DNA of 59,435 nt, taken from positions 1 to 59,435 of the forward strand of contig CAZGDX010000002.1 in NCBI GenBank assembly GCA_964525225.1. The letters run 5' to 3'. The position numbers and the translations under genes were made by a program. This stretch comes from an uncultured Gammaproteobacteria bacterium (GTDB lineage Bacteria > Patescibacteriota > Patescibacteriia > DYHP01). The notes beneath the pieces were generated by a model. It was not told where the DNA came from. It made no database searches and was given only the letters and a program-made list of their open reading frames with translations. Shown one piece after another: positions 35,100 to 42,717 of the stretch (within the stretch, counting starts at the first letter, position 1; the number at the start of each line of letters is the position of its first letter).

Positions 35100-35138
35100 T
35101 GGGCACCTTTGACAGGACTGTCAAAGGTGCCCATTGTC
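35095..35138. repeat. 44-nt perfect palindrome (21-nt arms, 2-nt centre)
   Basis: gacaatgggcacctttgacag-ga-ctgtcaaaggtgcccattgtc, located between two terminators of convergent genes. Confidence 0.9.
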
Positions 35139-35149
35139 TCCGATTTTAA

Positions 35150-35186
35150 AACAAAAACATCTCCAGTTTGACAGAGATGTTTTTTA
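35150..35186 (-). terminator. Terminator after the 107-aa membrane protein gene (symmetric A/T flanks)
   Basis: aacatctc-cagtttgaca-gagatgtt flanked by an A-run and a T-run. Confidence 0.6.
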
Positions 35187-35210
35187 TAAAATAAAAGGCG
35201 GCTCAACTTC

Positions 35211-35534
35211 CTACTGGGGAGCCAATGTTTTTATAAAATCAAAAATGCCGCCATTATTCTGGATTTGCTCCAAGGTCTTGCTTCCCGATTCAATCGGTTC
35301 CAAAATTTCTTTGACCTGCTCCTGCCATTGCTTGATTAACGGCGGAAGATAAATAATTCCCAAAATTACAGGAACCGCAATCAGCAATATTTTTATCCAG
35401 CTCATCATTTGCGCCCAAAATAAATATTTTTTTGTTTTTTGGGAAATTTTTAAAATTTCCTTGGTGTATTTTAAATTTTCTTCAAGCAAATCGCGCATTT
35501 CGTTTTGTTTTTCCGCGGTGTTTGGAATTCTCAT
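35211..35534 (-). CDS. Small hypothetical membrane protein
   Basis: 107 aa with one central TM helix (WIKILLIAVPVILGIIYL). No family recognised. Confidence 0.5.
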   Translation of the reverse strand: MRIPNTAEKQNEMRDLLEENLKYTKEILKISQKTKKYLFWAQMMSWIKILLIAVPVILGIIYLPPLIKQWQEQVKEILEPIESGSKTLEQIQNNGGIFDFIKTLAPQ

Positions 35535-35560
35535 AATTTATTTATAAAATATTATTTCAA

Positions 35561-35589
35561 TTACAATTATACCATTTTTAAGATATAAT
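35561..35589 (+). promoter_or_regulatory. Sigma70-type promoter TTACAA-17-TATAAT giving a leaderless or near-leaderless mRNA
   Basis: The -10 ends at 35589 and the ATG is at 35598, so the predicted TSS falls at or next to the start codon. Confidence 0.55.
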
Positions 35590-35597
35590 TATAATAT

Positions 35598-36896
35598 ATG
35601 ATAATAAAAGAAAGAAAAGGACAAGTTTTGATAATAAGCATGGTGATGCTTTTGGCGATACTCGCGAGCTCGGCAACTTTGATTTCCTGGGGCACGCACA
35701 GCGCCAATACAATCAGATATCAAAACCAAAAAATTTCCACCCGGGAGCTGGCCAAAGCCGGAATAGACAAAGCGTTGTTCTGCTTGAACGGAGATGCGGA
35801 AACGGCGGATGATTGTGGCGGAGTTTACGGAGAAAGCTATGTTGGCGAAAACGATATTTTTATGGGCGACGGAAGTTTTACCACAACAATCTCAAACATA
35901 GATTCGCGCACTAAACAAATCACCTCAACCGGATATTATCCGAGCGCCACATCCACAAAAGCGCGGACGATTCTGCGGACGCAGGCGGAAATAAATACGG
36001 ATGTGGTGCATTTTAATTTCGGCGTGCAGGTTGGCGAAGGCGGATTAATTATGAAAAATAATTCGGTTGTAACCGGCAATATTTTTTCAAACGGCCCGAT
36101 TACCGGCACATCGGCAACAAAGAGCACTATTACAGGCGACGCCACAGCTGCCGGAACTTCAACCATTTCCAAAATAAAAACATGGGACGATATGCATGCC
36201 GACAATATTTCATCCTGCATTGTATTGGATGACGCTTATTACAACACCATTTCCGGTTCCACGGTTTATGGCGACGAGCATCATCCTTATCCCAATTCCG
36301 AACCGATTGATTTTCCAATCACAGAAGCGCAAATTGCCGGATGGGTCGCGGATGCTTCGGAAGAAGAACCTCACAATGGAAACTATATCTTAGATGGTGG
36401 CGAAACCGTAGAACTTGGCCCACTAAAAATTATTGGCGATTTATTATTGGACAATAATTCCACTCTTGTGCTTACCGGCGTGCTTTATGTCACTGGAAGC
36501 ATCACGCTTGATAATGGCGCGTCAATCCATCTTGATTCGGCGTATGGAGAAAGAAGCGGAGTAATCGTAGCTGACGGAGTAATTATAATTGGAAACGCCA
36601 CCATCACCGGCGCGTCTTCCAATAGCACGATAATGCTTATGACCACCGCGACCGGAGGCGGAGCGAACAATTCCGCCATTGAAATCAGGAATAATGCCGT
36701 AGGCGCGATATTTTTCGCGCCAAACGGATTAATTTGGGTAAATAACAAGGCCTGGGTTACCGAACTTGTCGGAAAATCCATTGATTTGGAAGAAAACGCG
36801 ACGCTTTGGTATGATTATGGATTGTTAAATACGGAATTTTCTTCCGGTCCCGGCGGCGGCTGGGCAATATTAAAAGGCACCTGGCAGGAACTATAA
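35598..36896 (+). CDS. Hypothetical protein with a PilX-N/pseudopilin-like N-terminus and a beta-helix-like C-terminal region
   Basis: 432 aa. MIIKERKGQVLIISMVMLLAILASSATL resembles minor-pilin (PilX_N) leaders. Gly/Thr/Asn-rich repetitive C-terminal half. Confidence 0.4.
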   Translation: MIIKERKGQVLIISMVMLLAILASSATLISWGTHSANTIRYQNQKISTRELAKAGIDKALFCLNGDAETADDCGGVYGESYVGENDIFMGDGSFTTTISNIDSRTKQITSTGYYPSATSTKARTILRTQAEINTDVVHFNFGVQVGEGGLIMKNNSVVTGNIFSNGPITGTSATKSTITGDATAAGTSTISKIKTWDDMHADNISSCIVLDDAYYNTISGSTVYGDEHHPYPNSEPIDFPITEAQIAGWVADASEEEPHNGNYILDGGETVELGPLKIIGDLLLDNNSTLVLTGVLYVTGSITLDNGASIHLDSAYGERSGVIVADGVIIIGNATITGASSNSTIMLMTTATGGGANNSAIEIRNNAVGAIFFAPNGLIWVNNKAWVTELVGKSIDLEENATLWYDYGLLNTEFSSGPGGGWAILKGTWQEL

Positions 36897-36934
36897 ATTA
36901 AAAAATCCTCGAGATAAATCTCGGGGATTTTTTC
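36897..36934. terminator. Bidirectional terminator between the 35598 gene and ftsZ
   Basis: aaaaa-atcctcgag-ataaat-ctcggggat-tttttt. Confidence 0.75.
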
Positions 36935-36943
36935 TGAATACTT

Positions 36944-38275
36944 TTATTGTCCAAGTTTTCTGCGGATAAACTCCGGGATTCCGGTTTTTTCTTCCGCCGG
37001 TTTTTCGGGTTCGTCATTTTCTTCTTTCCGATTATTGCCGAAAAGCGATTTTTTCCTGAAAAACGCCGGCGTGTTATCCTCGGCTTCCTGATTTATTCCG
37101 TTTGAATTCAAATCCGCAAGTTCTTCTTTTGGCGCCGCTTCTTCTTTTTTTTCTCCGTTAGCCGGAAAATCAGAAAAATTTATTTTCGTATCTTTATTTC
37201 CATTCCCATTTTGTTTCGAAAAGCCGTTTTTTTCAGAAGAACCATTTGTTTCCGAACGCATAAATGCCGGCGCGGCATAAGACGATTTCGCGGAAAAAAG
37301 CCGCTGTTCAGTTATTTTTTCTTTCATTTCAAAACCAGTGGCAATTACGGTAATGGAAACCGAATCTTTCATTTCCGGATTTATTACTGTGCCAAAAATC
37401 ACTTTGGCGTTTGAATCCGCCGAACCGGTAATTATTTTCGCGGCCTCGGCAACTTCATGAATTCCCAAATCCGGACCGCCGGTGACTACAAACAAAATTC
37501 CCTTCGCGCCGTTTATGGAAACATCCAAAAGCGGGCTTTCTATCGCCTGCTTCGCCGCGTCCACCGCGCGATTTTCTCCGGTTCCTTTTCCGATACCCAT
37601 CAATGCCGAACCGGCGTCGCTCATAATTGCCTTGACATCGGCATAATCCACATTGATGTCGCCATGCACGGTAATAACTTCGGAAATTCCCTGAACTCCA
37701 TGACGCAACACATCGTCGGCGATTGTGAACGCGTCAACAAGCGATGTTTTCTTTTCGGCAATTTGTAAAATTCTGTCATTTGGAACAGTAATAACAGTAT
37801 CAACTCTATCGGTCAGCAATTCGTGCGCCCGTTCAGCAATATCCATTCTTTGAGTTCCCTCAAAAACAAATGGCTTGGTAACAACCGCGATTGCCAGCGC
37901 GCCTAAATCGCGGGCGATTTCCGCGACCATTGGCGCGGCTCCGCTTCCGGTGCCTCCGCCAAGCCCGCAAGTTATAAAAACCATATCCGCGCCTTTCAGC
38001 AATTCTCGGATTTCGTTTTCGCTTTCTTCCGCTGAACGTCTTCCGAGTTCAGGGTCCATTCCGGCGCCCAAACCGCGGGTTACGGTTTTACCGATATGCA
38101 ATTTTTTTTGCGCTTTGGAAATTTGAAGTGCCTGAATATCGGTATTCATCACGATAAATTCCACGCCTTTTATTTTTGCTTCCACCATTCTGTTTACCGC
38201 AGAACAGCCGCCTCCTCCGACACCCACGACTTTGATATTCGCGGATGTTTCTATTGATGGTTTAATTTCAGCCAT
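36944..38275 (-). CDS. ftsZ: Cell division protein FtsZ
   Basis: 443 aa. [34 protein letters not shown]. Long disordered C-terminal tail ending in IPEFIRRKL. Confidence 0.96.
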   Translation of the reverse strand: MAEIKPSIETSANIKVVGVGGGGCSAVNRMVEAKIKGVEFIVMNTDIQALQISKAQKKLHIGKTVTRGLGAGMDPELGRRSAEESENEIRELLKGADMVFITCGLGGGTGSGAAPMVAEIARDLGALAIAVVTKPFVFEGTQRMDIAERAHELLTDRVDTVITVPNDRILQIAEKKTSLVDAFTIADDVLRHGVQGISEVITVHGDINVDYADVKAIMSDAGSALMGIGKGTGENRAVDAAKQAIESPLLDVSINGAKGILFVVTGGPDLGIHEVAEAAKIITGSADSNAKVIFGTVINPEMKDSVSITVIATGFEMKEKITEQRLFSAKSSYAAPAFMRSETNGSSEKNGFSKQNGNGNKDTKINFSDFPANGEKKEEAAPKEELADLNSNGINQEAEDNTPAFFRKKSLFGNNRKEENDEPEKPAEEKTGIPEFIRRKLGQ

Positions 38276-38389
38276 AAAATTTAAAAATTATTTTTTACTT
38301 ACTCTTCAAGCTTATGAGAACGCTGAACAAAAGTCAAACCCAGCGTGTGGATAAACCGAATAACAAATGTGTTCAGCTAAAATTAGGGA

Positions 38390-38423
38390 AATAAAAAACC
38401 GCCCTGCCAATATAGCAGAACGG
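38390..38423 (-). terminator. Rho-independent terminator separating the small-gene cassette from ftsZ
   Basis: Minus strand: ccgttctgc-tatattg-gcagggcgg (9 bp, two G-U pairs) followed by TTTTTTATTT. Confidence 0.65.
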
Positions 38424-38451
38424 TAAAATGCAAAAGGGTTAAAGAATAAAG

Positions 38452-38514
38452 TTTACCCCGTTAAATAATTTCGCTTTAGCGAAATTGCCGCTTTGCGGCA
38501 TTTAACGGGGTAAA
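38452..38514. other. Perfect three-way-junction palindrome (Y-shaped element)
   Basis: The 15-bp outer stem 38452-38466/38500-38514 encloses two abutting hairpins, aatttcgc-ttta-gcgaaatt (38467-38486) and gccgc-ttt-gcggc (38487-38499). No unpaired junction nucleotides. Confidence 0.85.
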
Positions 38515-38517
38515 GAA

Positions 38518-38871
38518 TTAAACTGCGGAACGGGCCCGTAAGATGTCGCCGAAATCACCGTGAAAGGTCCAATCGACGCGCAACTTGCCGCAGAACCAAC
38601 CCACATACGGAACACTGCCGACGGCAAGACGCGAACCCGAACAAAGAGTCCAATTAATAACATCAATTTGAATATTTGAAAAATCAACATCAGGGATGAA
38701 GACGTCTTTGTAAAAGGTTTGTCAATCGGCAATAAGCCCTGATGGCGAAACGGAAATCACAGGCGCGCCATCGTCTATGTAGATACGGCTTGAAAGCCCC
38801 GCGCCGCACCAGCAACACGGATTTAATCCGTCATTCCATCCGGTATTGCAACGTTTGCACTTGTGGCTCAT
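38518..38871 (-). pseudogene. Cys-rich small ORF interrupted by one in-frame TGA (pseudogene or recoding candidate)
   Basis: GGAGAT SD, then ATG 38871: MSHKCKRCNTGWNDGLNPCCWCGAG...GLIAD-TGA(38724-38722)-QTFYKDVFIPDVDF...ILRARSAV-TAA(38520-38518). The same frame continues for 67 sense codons after the TGA. Confidence 0.55.
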
Positions 38872-39023
38872 TGTTTTATCTCCTTTATGTTTTTTAAAAG
38901 ACCGAATCGTTTTATGGTATAACAAAAAAGAGAAAATGTCAATATGTCGCGCGATTTCATAAGAAAAAACGCCCTTTTATTGAGCGTTTTTTCTAAATGA
39001 GATCAATCTCACAGATTTCTTAA

Positions 39024-39140
39024 CTATTTTCTCCGCTTTTTTGACGCTTTCTTTCTTTTCGCCGGTTTCCGCTTCTTTGCCACCTTTCGCTTTTTCGCCG
39101 GTTTCCGTTTGGCGGCTTTCCGCTTTTTTTTAGCTGGCAT
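39024..39140 (-). CDS. 38-aa polybasic peptide (26 of 38 residues are K/R)
   Basis: GGAGGTG SD 7 nt upstream of the ATG. MPAKKKRKAAKRKPAKKRKVAKKRKPAKRKKASKKRRK, TAG stop. Below the ORF-track size cutoff. Confidence 0.5.
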   Translation of the reverse strand: MPAKKKRKAAKRKPAKKRKVAKKRKPAKRKKASKKRRK

Positions 39141-39161
39141 GTTGTTTCACCTCCTTTCCCC

Positions 39162-39186
39162 CTAAAGTTTTTTTAAAAAACTTTAG
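39162..39186. repeat. 25-nt perfect AT-rich palindrome just upstream of the polybasic-peptide SD
   Basis: ctaaagttttt-tta-aaaaactttag. Confidence 0.8.
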
Positions 39187-39291
39187 TTAAATAAAAATTA
39201 ATTTTTTAATTTTTATTTTCCTATTTATATTATAACATTTTTTTAAACAATTTTAAATAAAAAAATAAAAACTGTGGACAACTTTAAAAAT

Positions 39292-39326
39292 TACAAAATA
39301 AAAATTTCCCGCGATGGAGAAATTTT
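39292..39326 (-). terminator. Candidate terminator after ftsA
   Basis: aaatttccc/ggagaaattt stem (one bulge) followed on the minus strand by TTATTTTG. Confidence 0.4.
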
Positions 39327-39361
39327 TTACTTTTATATTCTTGCATTTTTATATTTTCATT

Positions 39362-40612
39362 CTACGGCATTATTGACCCGAACCAATCCTTAACTCTTTT
39401 CGCGGTTTTGCCCAAAACATTGAACCGCCCCGCAAAACTGTTTTCACCGGTTCTTTTATCTTTTCCCCATAAAACCAGCCCGATTGCGGTTGTAAAAGCA
39501 AGGTCGTTTATTTTATCCGTGATTCCGGTAATTGAAAGCGGGTACCCCAAAAGCGCCGGCAATTTTAAATTTTTCTTTGCCACATCGGTAATGCCCGCGA
39601 GTTTCGCGCCTCCTCCGGTTAATACCGCGCCGCCGGGCAACAATCCATTCCGCCCGATAAATTTTAATTGCGCGTTTATTTTATCAAATATCTCTTCAAC
39701 GCGCGCTTCAATAATTTCCGCCACAAATTTCCGCGAAACCGCTTCATCTTCCATGCCGCCGAAATCCCGCAGATTTATCATATCTTTTTTATTGATATTT
39801 TCCGGCAATGCCGTGCCGATTTCCGTCTTTATCCGTTCGGCGACATCTATTGAAGTGCGGAGTCCGATGGCGATATCCGAAGTAATGTGTTCCGAACCGA
39901 CCGGCAATACGCTTGTGTGAATCACGTCTCCTTCTTCATAAACAATCAAACTTGTGGTTGAAGCGCCGATATTCGCGACTAAAACTCCGATTTCTTTTTG
40001 CCGTTCGGTAACCACCGCGTCGGCAGTGGCGAGAACGGAAAAAATCAGCCCCTCAATTTCCACGCCGGTTCTGTAAATGCTGTTTGTTATATTTTTAATT
40101 TGCGTTTTCGCGCCCTGTATGATGCAAGTATCAACTTCCAAACGGATTCCAGTCATCCCAACCGGGTCTTTTATCCCGGATTGTCCGTCAATCGTGAACC
40201 CCTTCGGCAACACATGCAAAATTTCATGATTTGAAGGAATAGGAACGGTTTTTGCCGCCTCCATCGCGCGGTCAACGTCGGAACTGGAAATTTCCCCGTC
40301 GGCGCGGGCGATACTCGCGAAACCCTTGCTCGGCTGAAAAATTATATGATTTCCGGTTATGCCAACATAAACGCGCTCTATGGGCGCGCCAATAATGCGC
40401 TCCGCGCGTTCTATACAAGTTGAAATTGTTGTCACCGCGTCATCTATGCTTGTCACCACGCCGCGATGAATTCCGTCCGTGGGAATTTCTACCGCGCCGA
40501 TTATATGCGCCGCGCTTTTTTCTCCGGTTTCATCTTCTTGCCCGACCGCGATTCTTACCGCAGAAGAACCAAAATCCAAACCGACTATAATATCTTGTTT
40601 CATATTTTTCAC
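39362..40612 (-). CDS. ftsA: Cell division protein FtsA
   Basis: 416 aa. Actin-fold motifs VGLDFGSSAVRIAVG, IGASTTSLIVYEEG, VLTGGGAKLAGI. Confidence 0.92.
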   Translation of the reverse strand: MKNMKQDIIVGLDFGSSAVRIAVGQEDETGEKSAAHIIGAVEIPTDGIHRGVVTSIDDAVTTISTCIERAERIIGAPIERVYVGITGNHIIFQPSKGFASIARADGEISSSDVDRAMEAAKTVPIPSNHEILHVLPKGFTIDGQSGIKDPVGMTGIRLEVDTCIIQGAKTQIKNITNSIYRTGVEIEGLIFSVLATADAVVTERQKEIGVLVANIGASTTSLIVYEEGDVIHTSVLPVGSEHITSDIAIGLRTSIDVAERIKTEIGTALPENINKKDMINLRDFGGMEDEAVSRKFVAEIIEARVEEIFDKINAQLKFIGRNGLLPGGAVLTGGGAKLAGITDVAKKNLKLPALLGYPLSITGITDKINDLAFTTAIGLVLWGKDKRTGENSFAGRFNVLGKTAKRVKDWFGSIMP

Positions 40613-40625
40613 TTTTTTATTTTTT

Positions 40626-40982
40626 TTAAACTAGATAAGAACCAAAAATTAATATTCCAATTATCAATGCCGCGCTTGATACCAGAAGAACCGCGGATGC
40701 CGTCATATCCTTGATAATTCTGACATAAGGATGAATTCTCGGTTTTAACGCATCAACAATACGTTCCAAAATGCTGTTTAATATCTCAAGTGTCAAAACC
40801 GCCGCTATCATCATAACTAAAATTATCGCTTCCCATATCTTAACCCGAAAATACACTGCAAGGCAAATTACCGCCAATGACGCAAAAACTTGCAACCGAA
40901 AACTTTGCTCTTCTTTAAAAACTTCCGCAAAACCTTTTATGGCATATTTCATGCTTTTAAAAAACTGCCCCAATTTTATCAT
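40626..40982 (-). CDS. dgkA: Diacylglycerol/undecaprenol kinase (DgkA family)
   Basis: 118 aa, 3 TM helices. FKSMKYAIKGF...EEQSFRLQ...LEILNSILERIVD...KDMTASAVL. Confidence 0.75.
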   Translation of the reverse strand: MIKLGQFFKSMKYAIKGFAEVFKEEQSFRLQVFASLAVICLAVYFRVKIWEAIILVMMIAAVLTLEILNSILERIVDALKPRIHPYVRIIKDMTASAVLLVSSAALIIGILIFGSYLV

Positions 40983-41410
40983 ATTTTTTTCAAAATTTTC
41001 TCCTGCAATGCGAACATCTTCTTTTCTTCCATCTTACTTGTTTCATGGTCATATCCCAAAAGATGCAAAATGCCATGCGCCAATAATTTTTTAAACATCT
41101 CTTCAATGGTTTCTTTGTCTTCTTTTGCTTCTTCAACTGCTTTTTCAAAAGATATGATTATTTCTCCCAAAAAATTTTTTGAAAATTTTGGAAAATTTTC
41201 CGCGTCTTTTTCGCCAAAAGACAAAACATCGGTCGGTTTATTTTTGTTTCTGTATTTTTTATTTATTTTTTTTATTGTTTCATTATCAACCACCGCCACG
41301 GAGATTCCGGCGTTTTTTATTTTTAAAAATTTAAAAACTAGTTCAGACCATTTCTTGATTTGTCTTTCTTTAATTCCCCCTTTTTCTATATTCACTTCAC
41401 AAGCTATCAT
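40979..41410 (-). CDS. ybeY: rRNA maturation endoribonuclease YbeY
   Basis: 143 aa. PTDVLSF and the HGILHLLGYDHE zinc motif. 4-nt overlap with dgkA. Confidence 0.88.
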   Translation of the reverse strand: MIACEVNIEKGGIKERQIKKWSELVFKFLKIKNAGISVAVVDNETIKKINKKYRNKNKPTDVLSFGEKDAENFPKFSKNFLGEIIISFEKAVEEAKEDKETIEEMFKKLLAHGILHLLGYDHETSKMEEKKMFALQEKILKKI

Positions 41411-41449
41411 AATATAAAATAAATCTAAAATCGCAAATCATAAATTGTT

Positions 41450-42442
41450 TTACCTGTCTATCTGGAAACTATTCAACAACATCTCAAAAGTTCTTTTATA
41501 ATTTATTTCTATTTTTGTGCCGATATTATAGGAAATCACATAGACCTCTCCGTTTCTTGTAAAATATGCCGAAAAGCCATCGGGACTTTTTACTCCGTCA
41601 AGCCCGTTTTTGGTCACAAAGGTCTGAATTTCACCGGCTTTTATACCCGGCGCCTGTTCCAAATACCATGAAATTATCGGCAAATTATTCGGATTTTCTT
41701 CAACTATAATGGTCACAAATTCTCCTGTGCCCGAATTTATAATCGTTCCGTCCGCGCCTCCGCTTCCCAAACCGCCGATGGTCCAGCTTTTCGGATAATA
41801 AATCTGATAATTTTCAATTTCATTTTTATAATTTTTGACCGCTCCGGTGTCAATTAATTTTTCGGGCGAAGTTCCGGCCGGATTGTAAAGATGAAATACT
41901 TCGTGGCCATCCAAAAATCCATCCAAATCGGTATCAGGATTTGAAACTACGGTGCCAAAAACCTCTTCTTCAATATCAGTTAATCCGTCGCCATCAGAAT
42001 CCAGACCGCTTCTCACTCCTTCTTCTTCAACAGGCGTGGAAGTCGCCGAAGTTTCTTCAGCGGTTGTATCCGCAGTTTCTTCTTCCTTCGGAATCACTTC
42101 GGTAATTGAAGGTATGACCGGAATATTTTCTTCTGGCGGAACCGGAATTTGCGCTATTTGCTTTGGCTTTGGCAAAACAAAAAAATAAATCGCCGCTCCT
42201 CCGGCAACAACAATAAAAATTCCCATGGCAATTGCCGGAATTAACGGAAACTTTTTTGTCTTTACCGCGGAAGCTCCGGGCGCGGGCATTGGTTTTTGAG
42301 ACACGACGGTTGTTTTTACATTAGCTTCTTCCGGTGTTTTACTGTCAGGCAAAATACCTAAAAATTTTTCAGGCATTACAAAAATCTTCGGCTGTTTCCC
42401 CCCGATGTCGCCGTTCTCCATCTTTTTTTGCTCTATTGGCAT
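41450..42442 (-). CDS. Membrane-anchored surface protein with thrombospondin-type-3-like Ca-binding repeats
   Basis: 330 aa. TM helix near residue 70. DSDGDGLTDIEEEVFGT..NPDTDLDGFLDGHEV. C-terminal beta-rich domain. Confidence 0.6.
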   Translation of the reverse strand: MPIEQKKMENGDIGGKQPKIFVMPEKFLGILPDSKTPEEANVKTTVVSQKPMPAPGASAVKTKKFPLIPAIAMGIFIVVAGGAAIYFFVLPKPKQIAQIPVPPEENIPVIPSITEVIPKEEETADTTAEETSATSTPVEEEGVRSGLDSDGDGLTDIEEEVFGTVVSNPDTDLDGFLDGHEVFHLYNPAGTSPEKLIDTGAVKNYKNEIENYQIYYPKSWTIGGLGSGGADGTIINSGTGEFVTIIVEENPNNLPIISWYLEQAPGIKAGEIQTFVTKNGLDGVKSPDGFSAYFTRNGEVYVISYNIGTKIEINYKRTFEMLLNSFQIDR

Positions 42443-42570
42443 ACCCAGTAGTAGAAATTTGAGTATTCAAGTAATTTTTACTTTATACACCCTATTTCTT
42501 TACAAGTTTATTTTATCCGCCCAAATTGAACTAAAATATTTCTTCTCTCAAATTTTCACTACTGGGCATA
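42440..42570. repeat. Start-codon-abutting hairpin element, copy E3 (diverged)
   Basis: Direct CATA at 42440-42443 and 42567-42570. Arms cccagtagtagaaatttgag / ctcaaattttcactactggg with a 2x2 internal mismatch. The left CAT is the start codon of the 330-aa gene. Confidence 0.8.
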
Positions 42571-42665
42571 AAAATAGGATAAACTAATCCGGTTTGACGG
42601 ATTTCTTCTTATATACATTATATCAATAATACGTCAAAAATGAAACAATTTTTATCCACAAAGCC

Positions 42666-42697
42666 GATTTTAAAAGCCCTTGTTAAAACAAGGGCTT
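42666..42697 (-). terminator. Rho-independent terminator after the 245-aa gene
   Basis: agcccttgt-taaa-acaagggct followed on the minus strand by TTTTAAAAT. Confidence 0.6.
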
Positions 42698-42717
42698 AAA
42701 TTCTTTTTTTATCCTTA

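Noticed and set aside
38502-38732. 76-aa ORF-track model (MPIDKPFTKTSSS...)
   Set aside because: The frame that continues from the upstream Cys-rich ORF through the TGA gives a more protein-like sequence and ends at a stop just before the Y-shaped element. The track model has no SD and a low-complexity hydrophobic composition.
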